Notes: a model not told the origin generated them from the sequence alone. 64,000 nt of DNA from an uncultured Bacilli bacterium (GCA_934168005.1 CAKPMN010000003.1:1100-65099), one strand, 5' to 3'. Numbered from the stretch's first letter, positions 21,375 to 32,450 are shown. Numbers and translations: made by a program.

Positions 21375-21728
21375 TAATATTTTGACAAACGCTGCATTTT
21401 TTATAATGTAGAGGAAAGTCCATGCTCGCACTGTCTGAGATGATAGTAGTGTTCGTGCTTAGGGAAAAAATAACCTAAGGTAAGTTTTACTTAACGGCTT
21501 CGAAATAACCTAAGTCTTTTGATATGGTTAGAGTAGATATAAAAGTGCCATAGTGACGAATAAGACAGAAATGTTGGAAATGGAACGCGGTAAACCCCAC
21601 GAGCGAGAAACCCAAATTTTGGTAGGGGAGCTTAAACGAAGGAATCAAACGGAGTTTAGGAAGGGAAACCTTAGATAAATGTTTGTCGCCTGGTAACAGG
21701 AACGGAACATGGCTTATAAAATATTATT
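21373..21728 (+). ncRNA. rnpB: RNase P RNA (Firmicute type B)
   Basis: Contains GAGGAAAGTCCATGCTCGCAC, AGTGCCATAGTGACGAA, GGAACGCGGTAAACCCCACGAGCGAGAAACCCAAATTTTGGTAGGGG and ACATGGCTTA. P1 is AATAATATTTT/AAAATATTATT and P2 is GACAAAC/GTTTGTC. Ends are approximate. Confidence 0.85.
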
Positions 21729-21753
21729 TTTTTTATTTGAAAGGAAGTGGCCA

Positions 21754-22233
21754 ATGAAAGAGATAGGCGAAGCTTTGAGGGAGCAACGCGAAAGCATTGG
21801 TATTACGATAGAAGAAGCGGCAGCAGATTTAAAACTTAAACCTAGCCAGATAGAAGACATAGAATCTGGAAATAAAGATGCGTTCCCTGATATTTTTTAT
21901 TTAAAATACTTTATAAGGGATTACTCAAAGTATTTGGGTTTAAATTATGAAGATATGATAGATGAGTTTAATGAATTTTTATTTGATTATACTTCAAAAA
22001 TTAGCATTGATGATATAAAAAAAGCTCGTAAGCAGGTTGAACTTAATAAAGCAAAAGAGGAAAAGAGAATAGCTTCACCTTATACGATGGAAAGAAAAAG
22101 AAAATATAATTATTCAAAAATATTATTTATAATTGTATTAATAATTTTAATTATTGGTGTTATATTTGTTGGAATTTCAAAAATTAATAATTCTAATAGT
22201 AATAATAACAATGTCGATAATATAATTAAATAG
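21754..22233 (+). CDS. rodZ: RodZ-like cytoskeleton protein (XRE HTH + TM)
   Basis: Begins MKEIGEALREQRESIGITIEEAAADLKLKPSQIEDIE, with a later TM helix. Start moved to the ATG at 21754 because the track start overlaps rnpB. Confidence 0.7.
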   Translation: MKEIGEALREQRESIGITIEEAAADLKLKPSQIEDIESGNKDAFPDIFYLKYFIRDYSKYLGLNYEDMIDEFNEFLFDYTSKISIDDIKKARKQVELNKAKEEKRIASPYTMERKRKYNYSKILFIIVLIILIIGVIFVGISKINNSNSNNNNVDNIIK

Positions 22234-22241
22234 GAGGAAAT

Positions 22242-22868
22242 ATGAATACACCTAATAAAATTACTTTAACTAGAATAATGTTATCTTTATTTATAATATT
22301 ATTACTACTTTTTCCATTTGATGCGACAGGCATATCTATTCCACAACTTTTTATTAACGAATCAATAGTTGTAGATATCAGATATTTTATTGCAGGTGTT
22401 GTATTTATTATCGCATCACTTACAGATTTTGTGGATGGTTATTTAGCTAGAAAATATAATCAAGTAACAGACTTTGGAAAAATGATTGATGCAATTGCTG
22501 ATAAAGTTTTAGTAGATTCAATTTTAATAATTCTTGCATCAACAGGATTTATTTCAGCAGTAATTCCAGTTATTATTGTTGTAAGAGATATAGCTATTGA
22601 TTCAATTAAAATGGTTGCTGGAAGTAAGGGAAACGTTGTAGCTGCAATAAAGACAGGAAAATATAAAACAGCTTGTCTTATGATTGGTATAACTTTAACT
22701 CTATTTTATAACTTGCCATTTGAACTATTAAATTTACGTGTTGCGGATGCATTTTTAGTAATAGCATGTGTTTTATCAATTATTTCTGGAATTCAGTATT
22801 ATAATATGAATAAAAAATATATTTCAACAAAATCAGATGATTCAGAAAAAATAGAAATTGATTCTTAA
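22242..22868 (+). CDS. pgsA: CDP-diacylglycerol--glycerol-3-phosphate 3-phosphatidyltransferase
   Basis: 208 aa with the CDP-alcohol phosphatidyltransferase motif DFVDGYLARKYNQVTDFGKMIDAIADK. Confidence 0.9.
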   Translation: MNTPNKITLTRIMLSLFIILLLLFPFDATGISIPQLFINESIVVDIRYFIAGVVFIIASLTDFVDGYLARKYNQVTDFGKMIDAIADKVLVDSILIILASTGFISAVIPVIIVVRDIAIDSIKMVAGSKGNVVAAIKTGKYKTACLMIGITLTLFYNLPFELLNLRVADAFLVIACVLSIISGIQYYNMNKKYISTKSDDSEKIEIDS

Positions 22869-23004
22869 GAATTTGTTAAATCAAATTCTTTTTTTTGTTA
22901 AAATATAGTTTCAAAATTATTCGAACAAATGTTTGCAAAAAGTGTTGACTTTGTAAAAATATTGATATATACTTAATTTGTAACGATGTTAGGAGGATAA
23001 AAAC

Positions 23005-24012
23005 ATGGTAAAATCAACAAATGATAAAACATTAGATCAAGTTTTGGCTGATATAGAAAAACAATTTGGTAAAGGTTCAGTTATGAAGTTAGGTGATCAT
23101 GAACATAGAGAAATAGATGTTATCCCTAGTGGGTCTTTATCTTTAGATATAGCTTTAGGAATAGGTGGATATCCAAAAGGAAGAATTATAGAAATATATG
23201 GTCCAGAATCAAGTGGTAAAACTACTTTTGCACTTCATGCAATTGCAGAAGCCCAAAAAAAAGGTGGAAGAGCGGCGTTCATTGATGCAGAACATGCACT
23301 AGATCCACAATATGCTGCTAAGATAGGCGTTAATATAGATGAGTTATTATTATCTCAACCTGACAATGGGGAGCAAGCTTTAGAGATATGTGAGGCATTA
23401 GTTCGTAGTGGCGCCATTAGTGTAATAGTAATTGACTCAGTAGCTGCTTTAGTTCCACAAGCTGAAATTGAAGGTGAAATGGGAGATTCTCATGTTGGAC
23501 TTCAAGCAAGACTTATGAGCCAAGCTTTGCGAAAACTTTCTGGAATTATTAATAAAACAAATACTATAGCAATCTTTATAAATCAGTTAAGAGAAAAAGT
23601 TGGAGTTATGTTTGGTAATCCTGAAGTAACACCAGGTGGACGTGCGTTAAAATTTTATTCTTCTATAAGACTTGAAATTAGACGTTCTGAACAAATCAAA
23701 GCTGGTACTGATATAGTTGGTAATAAAACAAGTATTAAAGTTGTAAAAAATAAAATGGCTCCACCTTTTAAATCATGTTCTGTAGATATTATGTATGGTG
23801 AAGGTGTATCTAAAGAAGGCGAAATAGTTGATATTGCAAGTGATATTGGAGCTTTAGAAAAAAGCGGCGCTTGGTATGCTTATAATGGCGAAAAACTAGG
23901 TCAAGGAAAAGAAAATGTTAAAGAACTTTTAAGAAAAAATACAGCTTTAAAAGATGAACTTGAAGAAAAGATTCGTAATCATTATGAATTAATAAATAAG
24001 AAAGAATCATAG
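23005..24012 (+). CDS. recA: Recombinase A
   Basis: 335 aa. Contains [19 protein letters not shown] and VIDSVAAL. Confidence 0.97.
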   Translation: MVKSTNDKTLDQVLADIEKQFGKGSVMKLGDHEHREIDVIPSGSLSLDIALGIGGYPKGRIIEIYGPESSGKTTFALHAIAEAQKKGGRAAFIDAEHALDPQYAAKIGVNIDELLLSQPDNGEQALEICEALVRSGAISVIVIDSVAALVPQAEIEGEMGDSHVGLQARLMSQALRKLSGIINKTNTIAIFINQLREKVGVMFGNPEVTPGGRALKFYSSIRLEIRRSEQIKAGTDIVGNKTSIKVVKNKMAPPFKSCSVDIMYGEGVSKEGEIVDIASDIGALEKSGAWYAYNGEKLGQGKENVKELLRKNTALKDELEEKIRNHYELINKKES

Positions 24013-24015
24013 TAG

Positions 24016-24037
24016 AAAAACGGGAAACCGTTTTTTT
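24016..24037 (+). terminator. Intrinsic terminator after recA
   Basis: AAAAACGG-GAAA-CCGTTTTTTT. Confidence 0.6.
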
Positions 24038-24126
24038 CTTGATTTATAGAATGATAAATGTTAAAATTGAATTAGTAAAGATAATTTTGTTACTTTATGT
24101 ATTATATATAGAAATGGAGTGATTTT

Positions 24127-25680
24127 ATGGAAAATATGATTTTCTCCATTCTGCTAGTCCTAATGGGATTATTTATTGGAATTATTTTAATTACAATTAT
24201 AAATTATGTTAGAGAACTTTCAGCAACACGAAAAGCAGACAAGATAATTGAAACTGCTAAATTGGAAGCTGATAAAATTAAACGTGATAACATGCTAGAG
24301 TGTAAAGAAGAAGCACATCGCATGAAGGTTGAGTTGGATAAGGAAATTAAAGAAAGAAAATCAGAAATAAAAGATTCTGAAGAACGTTTACTTACTCGTG
24401 AAGCAAGTATGGATCGTAGAGATCAAATTCTTCAAAACCGTGAGGAAATGTTAGAAGAAAAAGAAAATAATTTAATTTCAAATCAAAAGACTGTCCAATT
24501 AGAACAAGCTGAAGTGGAAAAAATAAAACAAGAACAAGTTGATTTACTAGGAAAAATAGCTGGTTATACTAAAGAACAAGCTAAGGATCTCGTTTTAAAA
24601 CGAGTTGAAGAAATGATGAACTTAGAGTTAGCTGCTTATATTAAAGAACGTGAATCTGTGGCTAAGATAGAGGCAGATAAACAAGCTAAGAGTTTACTTA
24701 TTTCATGCATGCAAAAATATGCGAGTGATGTTGCTAATGAGCAAACTGTAACTGTAGTGACATTACCAAACGATGAAATGAAGGGTCGTATTATTGGACG
24801 TGAAGGTAGAAATATACGTACAATAGAGGCTGTAACAGGTGTTGATTTAATAATTGATGATACACCAGAAGCTATTGTACTTTCTTCATTTGATCCTTTT
24901 AGAAGAGAAATAGCTAAAGTTACAATTGAAACTTTAATTAAAGATGGACGTATTCATCCAACGCGTATTGAAGAAATATATGATAAAGTTTCAAAAGATA
25001 TGAATGCAAAACTTAGGGAGTATGGTGAATCAGCACTATTTGAACTTGGAATAACTAAGGTAGATAGTGAATTAGTTGAACTTATTGGTAGATTACACTT
25101 CCGTACAAGTTTTGGTCAAAATGCTTTGATGCATTCTATAGAAGTAGCACAACTTTCTGGTTTAATAGCTGCTGAGGTTGGGGAAAATGTTGCTCTTGCT
25201 AAAAGGGCTGGTTTATTACATGATATAGGAAAAGCTGTTGATCATGAAATAGAAGGAAGTCATGTCACAATAGGTTCTGAATTAGCTAGAAAATATAAGG
25301 AAAATGATGTTGTTATAAATGCTATTGAATCTCATCATGGTGATGCTGAGGCTACATCTTTTATATCTGTTATAGTAGCTATCGCTGATGCTTTATCTGC
25401 ATCTCGTCCAGGAGCTAGAAGTGATTCATTAGAAAACTATGTAAAACGTTTACAAGACTTAGAAGCCATAGCTAATGGTATTAAAGGTGTAGATAAATCA
25501 TATGCTGTTCAAGCAGGACGTGAAATTCGTGTGGTTGTAAAACCTGAAGAAATAGATGATTTAGGAAGCTATAAAGTAGCTCGTGATATAAAAACAGAAA
25601 TAGAAAATAACTTACAATATCCTGGAACAATTAAGGTTACAGTCATAAGAGAAGTTAGAGCACAAGAAGAAGCTAAATAG
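24127..25680 (+). CDS. rny: Ribonuclease Y
   Basis: 517 aa. Has an N-terminal TM helix, a coiled coil, a KH domain ([12 protein letters not shown]) and an HD domain (LLHDIGKA). Confidence 0.95.
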   Translation: MENMIFSILLVLMGLFIGIILITIINYVRELSATRKADKIIETAKLEADKIKRDNMLECKEEAHRMKVELDKEIKERKSEIKDSEERLLTREASMDRRDQILQNREEMLEEKENNLISNQKTVQLEQAEVEKIKQEQVDLLGKIAGYTKEQAKDLVLKRVEEMMNLELAAYIKERESVAKIEADKQAKSLLISCMQKYASDVANEQTVTVVTLPNDEMKGRIIGREGRNIRTIEAVTGVDLIIDDTPEAIVLSSFDPFRREIAKVTIETLIKDGRIHPTRIEEIYDKVSKDMNAKLREYGESALFELGITKVDSELVELIGRLHFRTSFGQNALMHSIEVAQLSGLIAAEVGENVALAKRAGLLHDIGKAVDHEIEGSHVTIGSELARKYKENDVVINAIESHHGDAEATSFISVIVAIADALSASRPGARSDSLENYVKRLQDLEAIANGIKGVDKSYAVQAGREIRVVVKPEEIDDLGSYKVARDIKTEIENNLQYPGTIKVTVIREVRAQEEAK

Positions 25681-25767
25681 CTTCTTTTTTCGTTTAATAT
25701 GTCTAGTTTTGTCGAAACTATTTTTAAGTATTAAAAAAAGTGATAGAGTATAGAAAAGAGGTGATAT

Positions 25768-26112
25768 ATGTTAAAGATAAGTCAAGAATTTCGTCATGGA
25801 ATTTTATTTATTAGATTAAGTGGTAAATTGACTGCTAAAGAAAGCCCTTATTTTCATGAAATGGTAATTGATAAAATAAAGGAAAATGGAATTCGTAGTG
25901 TTGTCTTTAATATTTATGGTTTAGAAGATATAGATTTGAAAGGGGTTCATGATTTTTATTATGCTTATGAGCTATGTAATGCCAATTTAGGTAAAGTTTT
26001 GTTATGTGAAGTTTATAGCTCTTGTTTTTCAACGTTAAGAAAAAATAGATTATTTCAATATATTGATGTTGTAAGAAGTGAACTTGATGCATTTTCATTT
26101 ATTAGAATATAG
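25768..26112 (+). CDS. STAS-domain anti-sigma-factor-antagonist-like protein (divergent SpoIIAA)
   Basis: 114 aa with a STAS layout (LFIRLSGKL...VVFNIYGLEDIDLKGV...). It lies 9 nt upstream of the sigF-like gene. The DSSG phospho-site reads DLKG. Confidence 0.65.
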   Translation: MLKISQEFRHGILFIRLSGKLTAKESPYFHEMVIDKIKENGIRSVVFNIYGLEDIDLKGVHDFYYAYELCNANLGKVLLCEVYSSCFSTLRKNRLFQYIDVVRSELDAFSFIRI

Positions 26113-26121
26113 GAGATATTT

Positions 26122-26775
26122 ATGGACAATAACTTTATATTAAAGTATAGTAAGCTTATTTATTCTTTAACGCATTATTTTGAATTTTATAATAATAAAG
26201 AAGATTTATATCAGGCTGGATGTGTTGGGCTTATACAAGCATATCAAAATTTTGATGAAAGTTATGGTGTTAAGTTTTCTACTTATGCTTATTCTTATAT
26301 ATTAGGTGAGATGAAAAAATTAGTAAGATTAGATAAAGGCATAAAGGTTAGCAAAAGTTTATATCAATTAAATTCAAAAATTGATAAAGTTAGAAGTGTT
26401 TTATCTCAAAAACTTATGAGAGATCCAACAATGGATGAAATAGCAAACTTTTTAGATGTTGATGTTTCTTTAGTTAATGAAGCAGTTTTAGTTAGTAATA
26501 GTTTACTTTGTTTAGATAAACCAATTGAAATGGATGAGTCTAGTGTTTTATTAGCAGATGTAATAGCCTCTAATGAAATGGATTTTAATACTAGATTAGC
26601 ATTAAAAGAAGAACTTTCTAATTTATCTTTTGAAGAAAAAGAATTAGTATTAAAACGTTTTATAGAATCGAAAACTCAAAGTGAGGTTGCATCGTCAATT
26701 GGTGTTTCACAAGGTAAAATATCTAGAATGGAGAATAAAATAAAAGAAAAAATTAAAACAAGATTAGTAGCATAA
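26122..26775 (+). CDS. Sporulation-type group-3 sigma factor (SigF/SigG-like)
   Basis: 217 aa. Region 2 DLYQAGCVGLIQAYQNFDESYGVKFSTYAYSYILGEMKK, and region 4 ESKTQSEVASSIGVSQGKISRMENK. Position between the spoIIAA-like gene and the spoVA genes matches sigF. Confidence 0.8.
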   Translation: MDNNFILKYSKLIYSLTHYFEFYNNKEDLYQAGCVGLIQAYQNFDESYGVKFSTYAYSYILGEMKKLVRLDKGIKVSKSLYQLNSKIDKVRSVLSQKLMRDPTMDEIANFLDVDVSLVNEAVLVSNSLLCLDKPIEMDESSVLLADVIASNEMDFNTRLALKEELSNLSFEEKELVLKRFIESKTQSEVASSIGVSQGKISRMENKIKEKIKTRLVA

Positions 26776-26844
26776 AAGTAGAAAATTTCTACTTTTTTTG
26801 TATGATATTTTTAAATCATTCCATAATATTTTTAGGAGGATTTT

Positions 26845-27291
26845 ATGGAAAAAGTTAGATATCAGAAATTAGTTAAAAAATATAAACCAAAAGAAAATAG
26901 ATTGTTTAATGCGATGATTGCTTTTTTTGTTGGGGGAATAATGGGTGTAATAGGAGAGTTACTTGTGGAATTTTATGTTAACATATTGGAAATTTCAACT
27001 AAGGAAGCTGGTACTTTTATGATAATAACACTTATATTTATAGGTTGTTTGTTTACTTGTTTAGGCTTTTTTGACAAATGGGTTCATTTTGCTAAGGCGG
27101 GATTATTTGTTCCTATAACTGGATTTGCTCATGCGATGATGAGCGCTAGTTTGGATTATAGAAAAGAAGGATTAGTTACTGGTCTTGGAGCAAATATGTT
27201 TAAATTGACAGGTTCTGTTATTGTATTTGGTGTAGTTGCGGCTTATGTATTTGGTATTATAAGAATCTTACTATTTGGAGGTGCCGTATGA
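26845..27291 (+). CDS. spoVAC: Stage V sporulation protein AC
   Basis: 148 aa, 4 TM, SpoVAC-like (NAMIAFFVGGIMGVIGE...PITGFAHAM). Confidence 0.9.
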   Translation: MEKVRYQKLVKKYKPKENRLFNAMIAFFVGGIMGVIGELLVEFYVNILEISTKEAGTFMIITLIFIGCLFTCLGFFDKWVHFAKAGLFVPITGFAHAMMSASLDYRKEGLVTGLGANMFKLTGSVIVFGVVAAYVFGIIRILLFGGAV

Positions 27292-28277
27292 CATTTAAAT
27301 ATAACAATGTTTATGTTGAAGATACTGCTTTAGTTGCTGGACCATATGAAAAAAAAGGGCCTCTTCAATCTTATTTTGATATGAGTTACGATGATTTAAA
27401 AATGGGAGAAAAAACTTGGGAGGATGCTGAAAGTAGAATATTAGAAGAAAGTGTAGATATATTACTTTTAAAATGTCATAAAAAAAATACTGATGTTGAC
27501 TTATTGATAGCAGGAGATTTGCTTTCGCAAATTGTTTCATCATCTTATGCTGCTACAAGACTTGGAATACCTTTTTTTGGAATTTATAATGCTTGTGCTA
27601 CTAGTGTTGAGGGAATTATATTAGCTTCTAATATGATAGAGGCCAATCAAATTAAAAATGCAGTTGTATCTGTTTCATCTCATAATAATGCAGCAGAGAA
27701 ACAATTTAGATATCCTGTTGAATATGGTGGACCTAAGCCTAAGACTACTACTTTTACAACTACAGGTGGAGCATCAATTCTTTTAAGTAGTGAACTTTCT
27801 AGTATAAGAGTTGAAAGTGGTACGGTTGGAACTCCTATTGATATGGGAATAAAGGACGCTTATAATATGGGAGCTGTAATGGCCCCTGCATGTGCTGAAG
27901 TGTTATATAAACATTTAAAAGATACATCAAGAGAAGTTGGATATTATGACATGATATTTAGTGGAGATCTAGGTATTTATGGTAAAAAAATATTTAAAGA
28001 TTATATGAAATTAGAATATGCAATTGATCTTAAAAATTATGATGATACTGCTTGTATGATTTTTGATATTGATTCTCAAAGTGTTTATGCTGGAGGATCA
28101 GGTCCTGCTTGTTTACCTTTAGTTAGTTATGGATATGTATTTTCACTTATGAAGAAAAAGGAATTGAAAAGGGTTTTATTGATTGCTACTGGTGCATTGA
28201 TGTCATCAGCTATGGTTAATGAAAAACATACTATTCCTGCTATAGCTCATGCAATTAGTTTGGAGGTGGTAGAATGA
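27288..28277 (+). CDS. spoVAD: Stage V sporulation protein AD
   Basis: 329 aa, thiolase-like SpoVAD (GIYNACATS, GGSGPAC). Confidence 0.9.
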   Translation: MTFKYNNVYVEDTALVAGPYEKKGPLQSYFDMSYDDLKMGEKTWEDAESRILEESVDILLLKCHKKNTDVDLLIAGDLLSQIVSSSYAATRLGIPFFGIYNACATSVEGIILASNMIEANQIKNAVVSVSSHNNAAEKQFRYPVEYGGPKPKTTTFTTTGGASILLSSELSSIRVESGTVGTPIDMGIKDAYNMGAVMAPACAEVLYKHLKDTSREVGYYDMIFSGDLGIYGKKIFKDYMKLEYAIDLKNYDDTACMIFDIDSQSVYAGGSGPACLPLVSYGYVFSLMKKKELKRVLLIATGALMSSAMVNEKHTIPAIAHAISLEVVE

Positions 28278-28624
28278 TTTATTTAAATTCATTCTTAGCT
28301 GCTGGTATTATTTGTTTAATAGGTCAGATTATACTTGATAACACAACTTTTACAGCAGGTCATGTAACTACTTTATTTGTTGTTATAGGAGCTTTCTTAG
28401 ATACCTTTAGTATTTATGATAAAATTGTATTATGGGCTGGAGGTGGAGCTTTAGTCCCAATTACAAGTTTTGGTCATTTATTAATTCATGGTGCATTAGA
28501 GAAAGCAAATGAATTTGGTTTGATTGGTCTTCTTATGGGAATGTTTGATTTAACATCATCTGGAATAATATCTGCAATTGTTATTTCATTCTTTTTATGT
28601 TTTATTTTTTCTCCTAAAGATTAA
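28274..28624 (+). CDS. spoVAE: Stage V sporulation protein AE (AEb)
   Basis: 116 aa membrane protein (GALVPITSFGH). Overlaps spoVAD. Confidence 0.85.
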   Translation: MIYLNSFLAAGIICLIGQIILDNTTFTAGHVTTLFVVIGAFLDTFSIYDKIVLWAGGGALVPITSFGHLLIHGALEKANEFGLIGLLMGMFDLTSSGIISAIVISFFLCFIFSPKD

Positions 28625-28711
28625 TATAGAGTATTCTATATTTTTTTTATTTTTTCTTGACATATATAATGGTTATGTTTATAATTATGGGGAAGTAAAG
28701 AGAGGTTTATT

Positions 28712-29071
28712 ATGTCAGTGATTAAAGTAACATCAAAGATAAAAAATCTAATTAATGATGAAGAAGAAGTTTATGTTGGAAATGCTTTATTTCATAGTGA
28801 CAAAATAAATTATAATGACTCTTTAGCTTCTTATGAAATTAGAATTTTACCTAAAAAAATTGTTTTAAAGAAAACCAGAAAAGATGGGGTTTCTTTGATA
28901 TTTTGTTTTATAGAAAATGAAAAGACTGATGTTTTACTTAAAGAAAATGAAATGCATCTTTCTATACCGCTATATACTTCTTCTATTAACTTAGAAGATG
29001 GTAAAATAGAAATTTCTTATTTGTTGAATGATACTGAAAAATTTTCTTTTCAATTTCAGTATGAAATGTAG
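28712..29071 (+). CDS. DUF1934 (YwiB-like) beta-barrel protein
   Basis: 119 aa in the conserved position directly upstream of argS in Firmicutes. Confidence 0.55.
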   Translation: MSVIKVTSKIKNLINDEEEVYVGNALFHSDKINYNDSLASYEIRILPKKIVLKKTRKDGVSLIFCFIENEKTDVLLKENEMHLSIPLYTSSINLEDGKIEISYLLNDTEKFSFQFQYEM

Positions 29072-29079
29072 GTGATTAA

Positions 29080-30768
29080 ATGATTACATCTTTATTGGAA
29101 GAAAAGTTAAAGGAAGTAATAAAAGATATAGATGATATTAAAGTTATTATATCTAATAGACCTGATTTATGTGACTATCAGTTTGACGGTGCTTTTAAAT
29201 TGGCCAAAGTTTTACATAAAGCTCCTATGGAAATAGCTTCAGATATAGTTGATTCTATTAATTCTATGAGTGATTTTGATGATTACTTTAAAAATGTAGA
29301 AGCTTGTAATCCTGGGTTTGTTAATATGACATTGAGTGATAGATTTATTAATGAACAGTTGAATTTAATGATTAAAAATGATAAATTTAATTTAAAAAAA
29401 TTAGATCATGTTGATACTTATGTTATAGACTATGGTGGACCTAATATAGCTAAACCATTACATGTTGGTCATATGCGTCCTGCTATAGTTGGAGAATCAA
29501 TAAAAAGAATTATTAAATATGTTGGTCATAATGTTATTAGTGATGTTCATTTTGGTGATTTTGGACTTCAAATAGGTCAAGTAATTTATGGTCTTCAAAT
29601 GAAAAATATATCTATAGATGATGTTACTATGGATGATTTAAATGAGATATATCCTTATATGAGTAAGTTTTGTAAAGAAGATGATGATATAAAGGAAAAA
29701 TGTGCTTCAATAACTAAGATGCTACAAGATGGGGATGCATTATATGAGAAGTATTACAAAAAAATATTTGAATTATCTAGTAATGATATAAAAAGAATAT
29801 ATAAGTATTTAGATGTTGATTTTGATTTGTGGTATGGTGAGATGTCTTCTAGAAAATATATACCTTATGTTGAAGATATTTTAAATAAAAAAAATTTAGC
29901 TACAATTAGTGATGGGGCAATGGTTGTTGATGTTAGTGATTCATCTGACAGTAAAGAAATACCACCTTTAATATTTAAAAAGAGTAATGGTGCTTATTTG
30001 TATGGCTCTACTGATATGGCTACAATTTATCAAAGGGAGATTGATTATAAACCTGATTATATCTTATATGTAGCTGATTTAAGACAATCTCTACATTTTA
30101 AACAGGTATTTAGAGCTAGCTTAAAATCAGGAATAACTGATGCTTCACTAGAACATTTAGGATTTGGCACTATAAATGGTGTTGATGGTAAACCTTATAA
30201 AACAAGAAGTGGTGAAACTCCAAAGCTTTCTTCTTTATTTGAAGAAATAAAAGAAATACTCATTTCTAATCGTGAACAAAATCAAAATATGAGTGATGCT
30301 GATTTACGTATTTTAGTAAACGCAATTATAAAGTTTGCTGATTTACAGAATAACCGTGAAAAAGATTATATTTTTGATATAAAGAAATTTAGCGAAGTTG
30401 TTGGAAAAACAGGACCTTATGTTTTGTATACAACTCTTCGTATTTCTAAAATACTTGAAAATGAAAAGATAGATAATACTTTAATAACAGGTGATATTTA
30501 TAATATACAAGATCGTAATTTACGTCTTAAGTTATTAGAGTTTAATGACACTGTTTTATCTAGCTTTTCTAATAGACTTCCAAGTATAATTGCTTCATAT
30601 ATATATGAATTATGTATGCTTTTAAACACTTTTTACCAAAATAATCATATAAATGGTATAGAGGAAATGGATAAGAAAAGCAACTGGCTTAATGTATTAA
30701 AACTTTCTCATGGAATTTTAGTAGATTTATTAAATCTTTTAGGTATGGAAATTCCATCAATTATGTAA
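29080..30768 (+). CDS. argS: Arginine--tRNA ligase
   Basis: 562 aa. Has the HIGH region PNIAKPLHVGHMR and a DALR anticodon-binding C-terminus. Confidence 0.95.
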   Translation: MITSLLEEKLKEVIKDIDDIKVIISNRPDLCDYQFDGAFKLAKVLHKAPMEIASDIVDSINSMSDFDDYFKNVEACNPGFVNMTLSDRFINEQLNLMIKNDKFNLKKLDHVDTYVIDYGGPNIAKPLHVGHMRPAIVGESIKRIIKYVGHNVISDVHFGDFGLQIGQVIYGLQMKNISIDDVTMDDLNEIYPYMSKFCKEDDDIKEKCASITKMLQDGDALYEKYYKKIFELSSNDIKRIYKYLDVDFDLWYGEMSSRKYIPYVEDILNKKNLATISDGAMVVDVSDSSDSKEIPPLIFKKSNGAYLYGSTDMATIYQREIDYKPDYILYVADLRQSLHFKQVFRASLKSGITDASLEHLGFGTINGVDGKPYKTRSGETPKLSSLFEEIKEILISNREQNQNMSDADLRILVNAIIKFADLQNNREKDYIFDIKKFSEVVGKTGPYVLYTTLRISKILENEKIDNTLITGDIYNIQDRNLRLKLLEFNDTVLSSFSNRLPSIIASYIYELCMLLNTFYQNNHINGIEEMDKKSNWLNVLKLSHGILVDLLNLLGMEIPSIM

Positions 30769-30796
30769 TATCAATATTAATTTTTAGGAGGAAAAT

Positions 30797-31240
30797 ATGA
30801 AATTAAAAGATATGAAATTAGAGGAGTTAGAACTTATGTCATATACTGATATAACATATATGATTTTAAAAGAAAATAAAAAGACTATGAATACTCCAAC
30901 AATTTTTAAGGAAATTTGTAATTTACTTGATTATAGTGAAGATGAATATGTTGCTAAAATAGGTGACTATTATACTTCTCTAACTATGGATAAACGTTTT
31001 ATTCTTTTAGATAATAATGAATGGGATATTCGTGATAATCATTCTGTAGAATTAGTATTAGATGAAGAAGATGATGAAGAGGTAGAACCAACTGATGATG
31101 AAGAAAACATGGATTCTGAATTTGAAGATGATATGGAAGAAGATTTAGATAATGTTGATTCTATTGATGATGATTTAGATACTTCTGATATAGATGATTT
31201 AGCTATTGTTACAGATGATGAATTAGAAGAAGACAATTAA
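30797..31240 (+). CDS. rpoE: RNA polymerase delta subunit
   Basis: 147 aa. Has an N-terminal HARE-HTH-like domain (SYTDITYMILKE...) plus a long D/E-rich tail. Confidence 0.85.
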   Translation: MKLKDMKLEELELMSYTDITYMILKENKKTMNTPTIFKEICNLLDYSEDEYVAKIGDYYTSLTMDKRFILLDNNEWDIRDNHSVELVLDEEDDEEVEPTDDEENMDSEFEDDMEEDLDNVDSIDDDLDTSDIDDLAIVTDDELEEDN

Positions 31241-31304
31241 GCTCTTAATGAGCTTTTTTTGTATGAATTTTTCATAAAAACTTATACTATAAAAAGGTGA
31301 TGAT

Positions 31305-31808
31305 ATGTACTATATTAATATCTTTTTTATATATTCTATATTAGGTTTTATTGTTGAAACTTTTTTTGTACCAATGGAAAGTGGGATATTATATGGCCCT
31401 TGGACTATTGTATATGGATTTGGTATGACTTTTATTTATTTAGTTTATGATAAGTTTTTGCATAAATTTAAATGCAGATATTTATATTTATTTTTAATTT
31501 CGTTTGTATTTTTACCTATTTTTGAGATAATAGGAGGCAATATTATAGAAAAATTATTTGGGGTTATATATTGGGATTATGAGATAGAATTATTTAGTAT
31601 TGGTAAATACACTTCATTATTTATGGCTCTTTTATGGGGAATATCATCAGTTATAACATTTTATTTTATAAGGGATTTTTTAGATAAAATTGTAAAAAAA
31701 ATACCCAAGTTTATTACTTGGATAGTCATTATATTATTTATTATTGATATTGTATGTTCACTTATTTTTAAATCTAAGTTAATTTCTTTCTTTAAAATAC
31801 TCTTCTAA
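31305..31808 (+). CDS. Polytopic membrane protein of unknown function
   Basis: 167 aa with 4-5 TM helices. Confidence 0.45.
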   Translation: MYYINIFFIYSILGFIVETFFVPMESGILYGPWTIVYGFGMTFIYLVYDKFLHKFKCRYLYLFLISFVFLPIFEIIGGNIIEKLFGVIYWDYEIELFSIGKYTSLFMALLWGISSVITFYFIRDFLDKIVKKIPKFITWIVIILFIIDIVCSLIFKSKLISFFKILF

Positions 31809-32450
31809 AGTTATATTCTTATTGTGTATTTGTTCTGCTATATCTTTACCAACATATCTATAGTGCCATGGTTCGTATTTAAATCCTGTTATGTTTTCTT
31901 TTCCTTTAGGATATCTTAATATAAATCCATACTTATAAGCATTATCCTTCATCCATTTAAATTCTTCTGTCTCTTCAAATAGGTTATAGTCTTTATTTGA
32001 TCCCATAACGTCTATTGCAAGACCTGTTTGATGTTCAGAATGACCTGCTTTTGCACTGCAGTTTAAAGCATATTTTTTTGAATATTCTTTTATATAATTC
32101 TTAAATAGTGTTTCTTGATAATTATAACTTCTATATGCCGAAACTATTTTAATTGATAGTTTTTTCTTTTTAGCTTGTTTTACTAATTGTTCAAAGGCCT
32201 CTTTTGCTTCTTTTCTTAAATATTTATTATCGTTTGAATATGATGTATCTAATTTTACTAATTCTGGAATATAATCTCTTTTTAGTTTATTGTTTTTATT
32301 TACTAACACTAAGATACTTTCTGGTTTTTCAACAATTTTGACATTATGATAAAATTTATTATCATTCATATTTATATCTTTTGTATAAAATAAAAGTATT
32401 AATATAGAAAGTACTATATAATATGCTTTTTTAAATGTTTCTTTTTTCAT
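31779..32450 (-). CDS. VanY/M15B-family D-alanyl-D-alanine carboxypeptidase, membrane-anchored (paralog 1)
   Basis: Contains SAYRSYNYQ, SEHQTGLAIDV and EPWHYRYVG. Start taken at MKKETFKK (32450) after AGGTGA. Confidence 0.85.
   Translation of the reverse strand: MKKETFKKAYYIVLSILILLFYTKDINMNDNKFYHNVKIVEKPESILVLVNKNNKLKRDYIPELVKLDTSYSNDNKYLRKEAKEAFEQLVKQAKKKKLSIKIVSAYRSYNYQETLFKNYIKEYSKKYALNCSAKAGHSEHQTGLAIDVMGSNKDYNLFEETEEFKWMKDNAYKYGFILRYPKGKENITGFKYEPWHYRYVGKDIAEQIHNKNITLEEYFKERN

Noticed and set aside
31039-31236. Ser-rich 65-aa antisense ORF.
   Set aside because: It is the mirror image of the GAT/GAA-rich acidic tail of rpoE.
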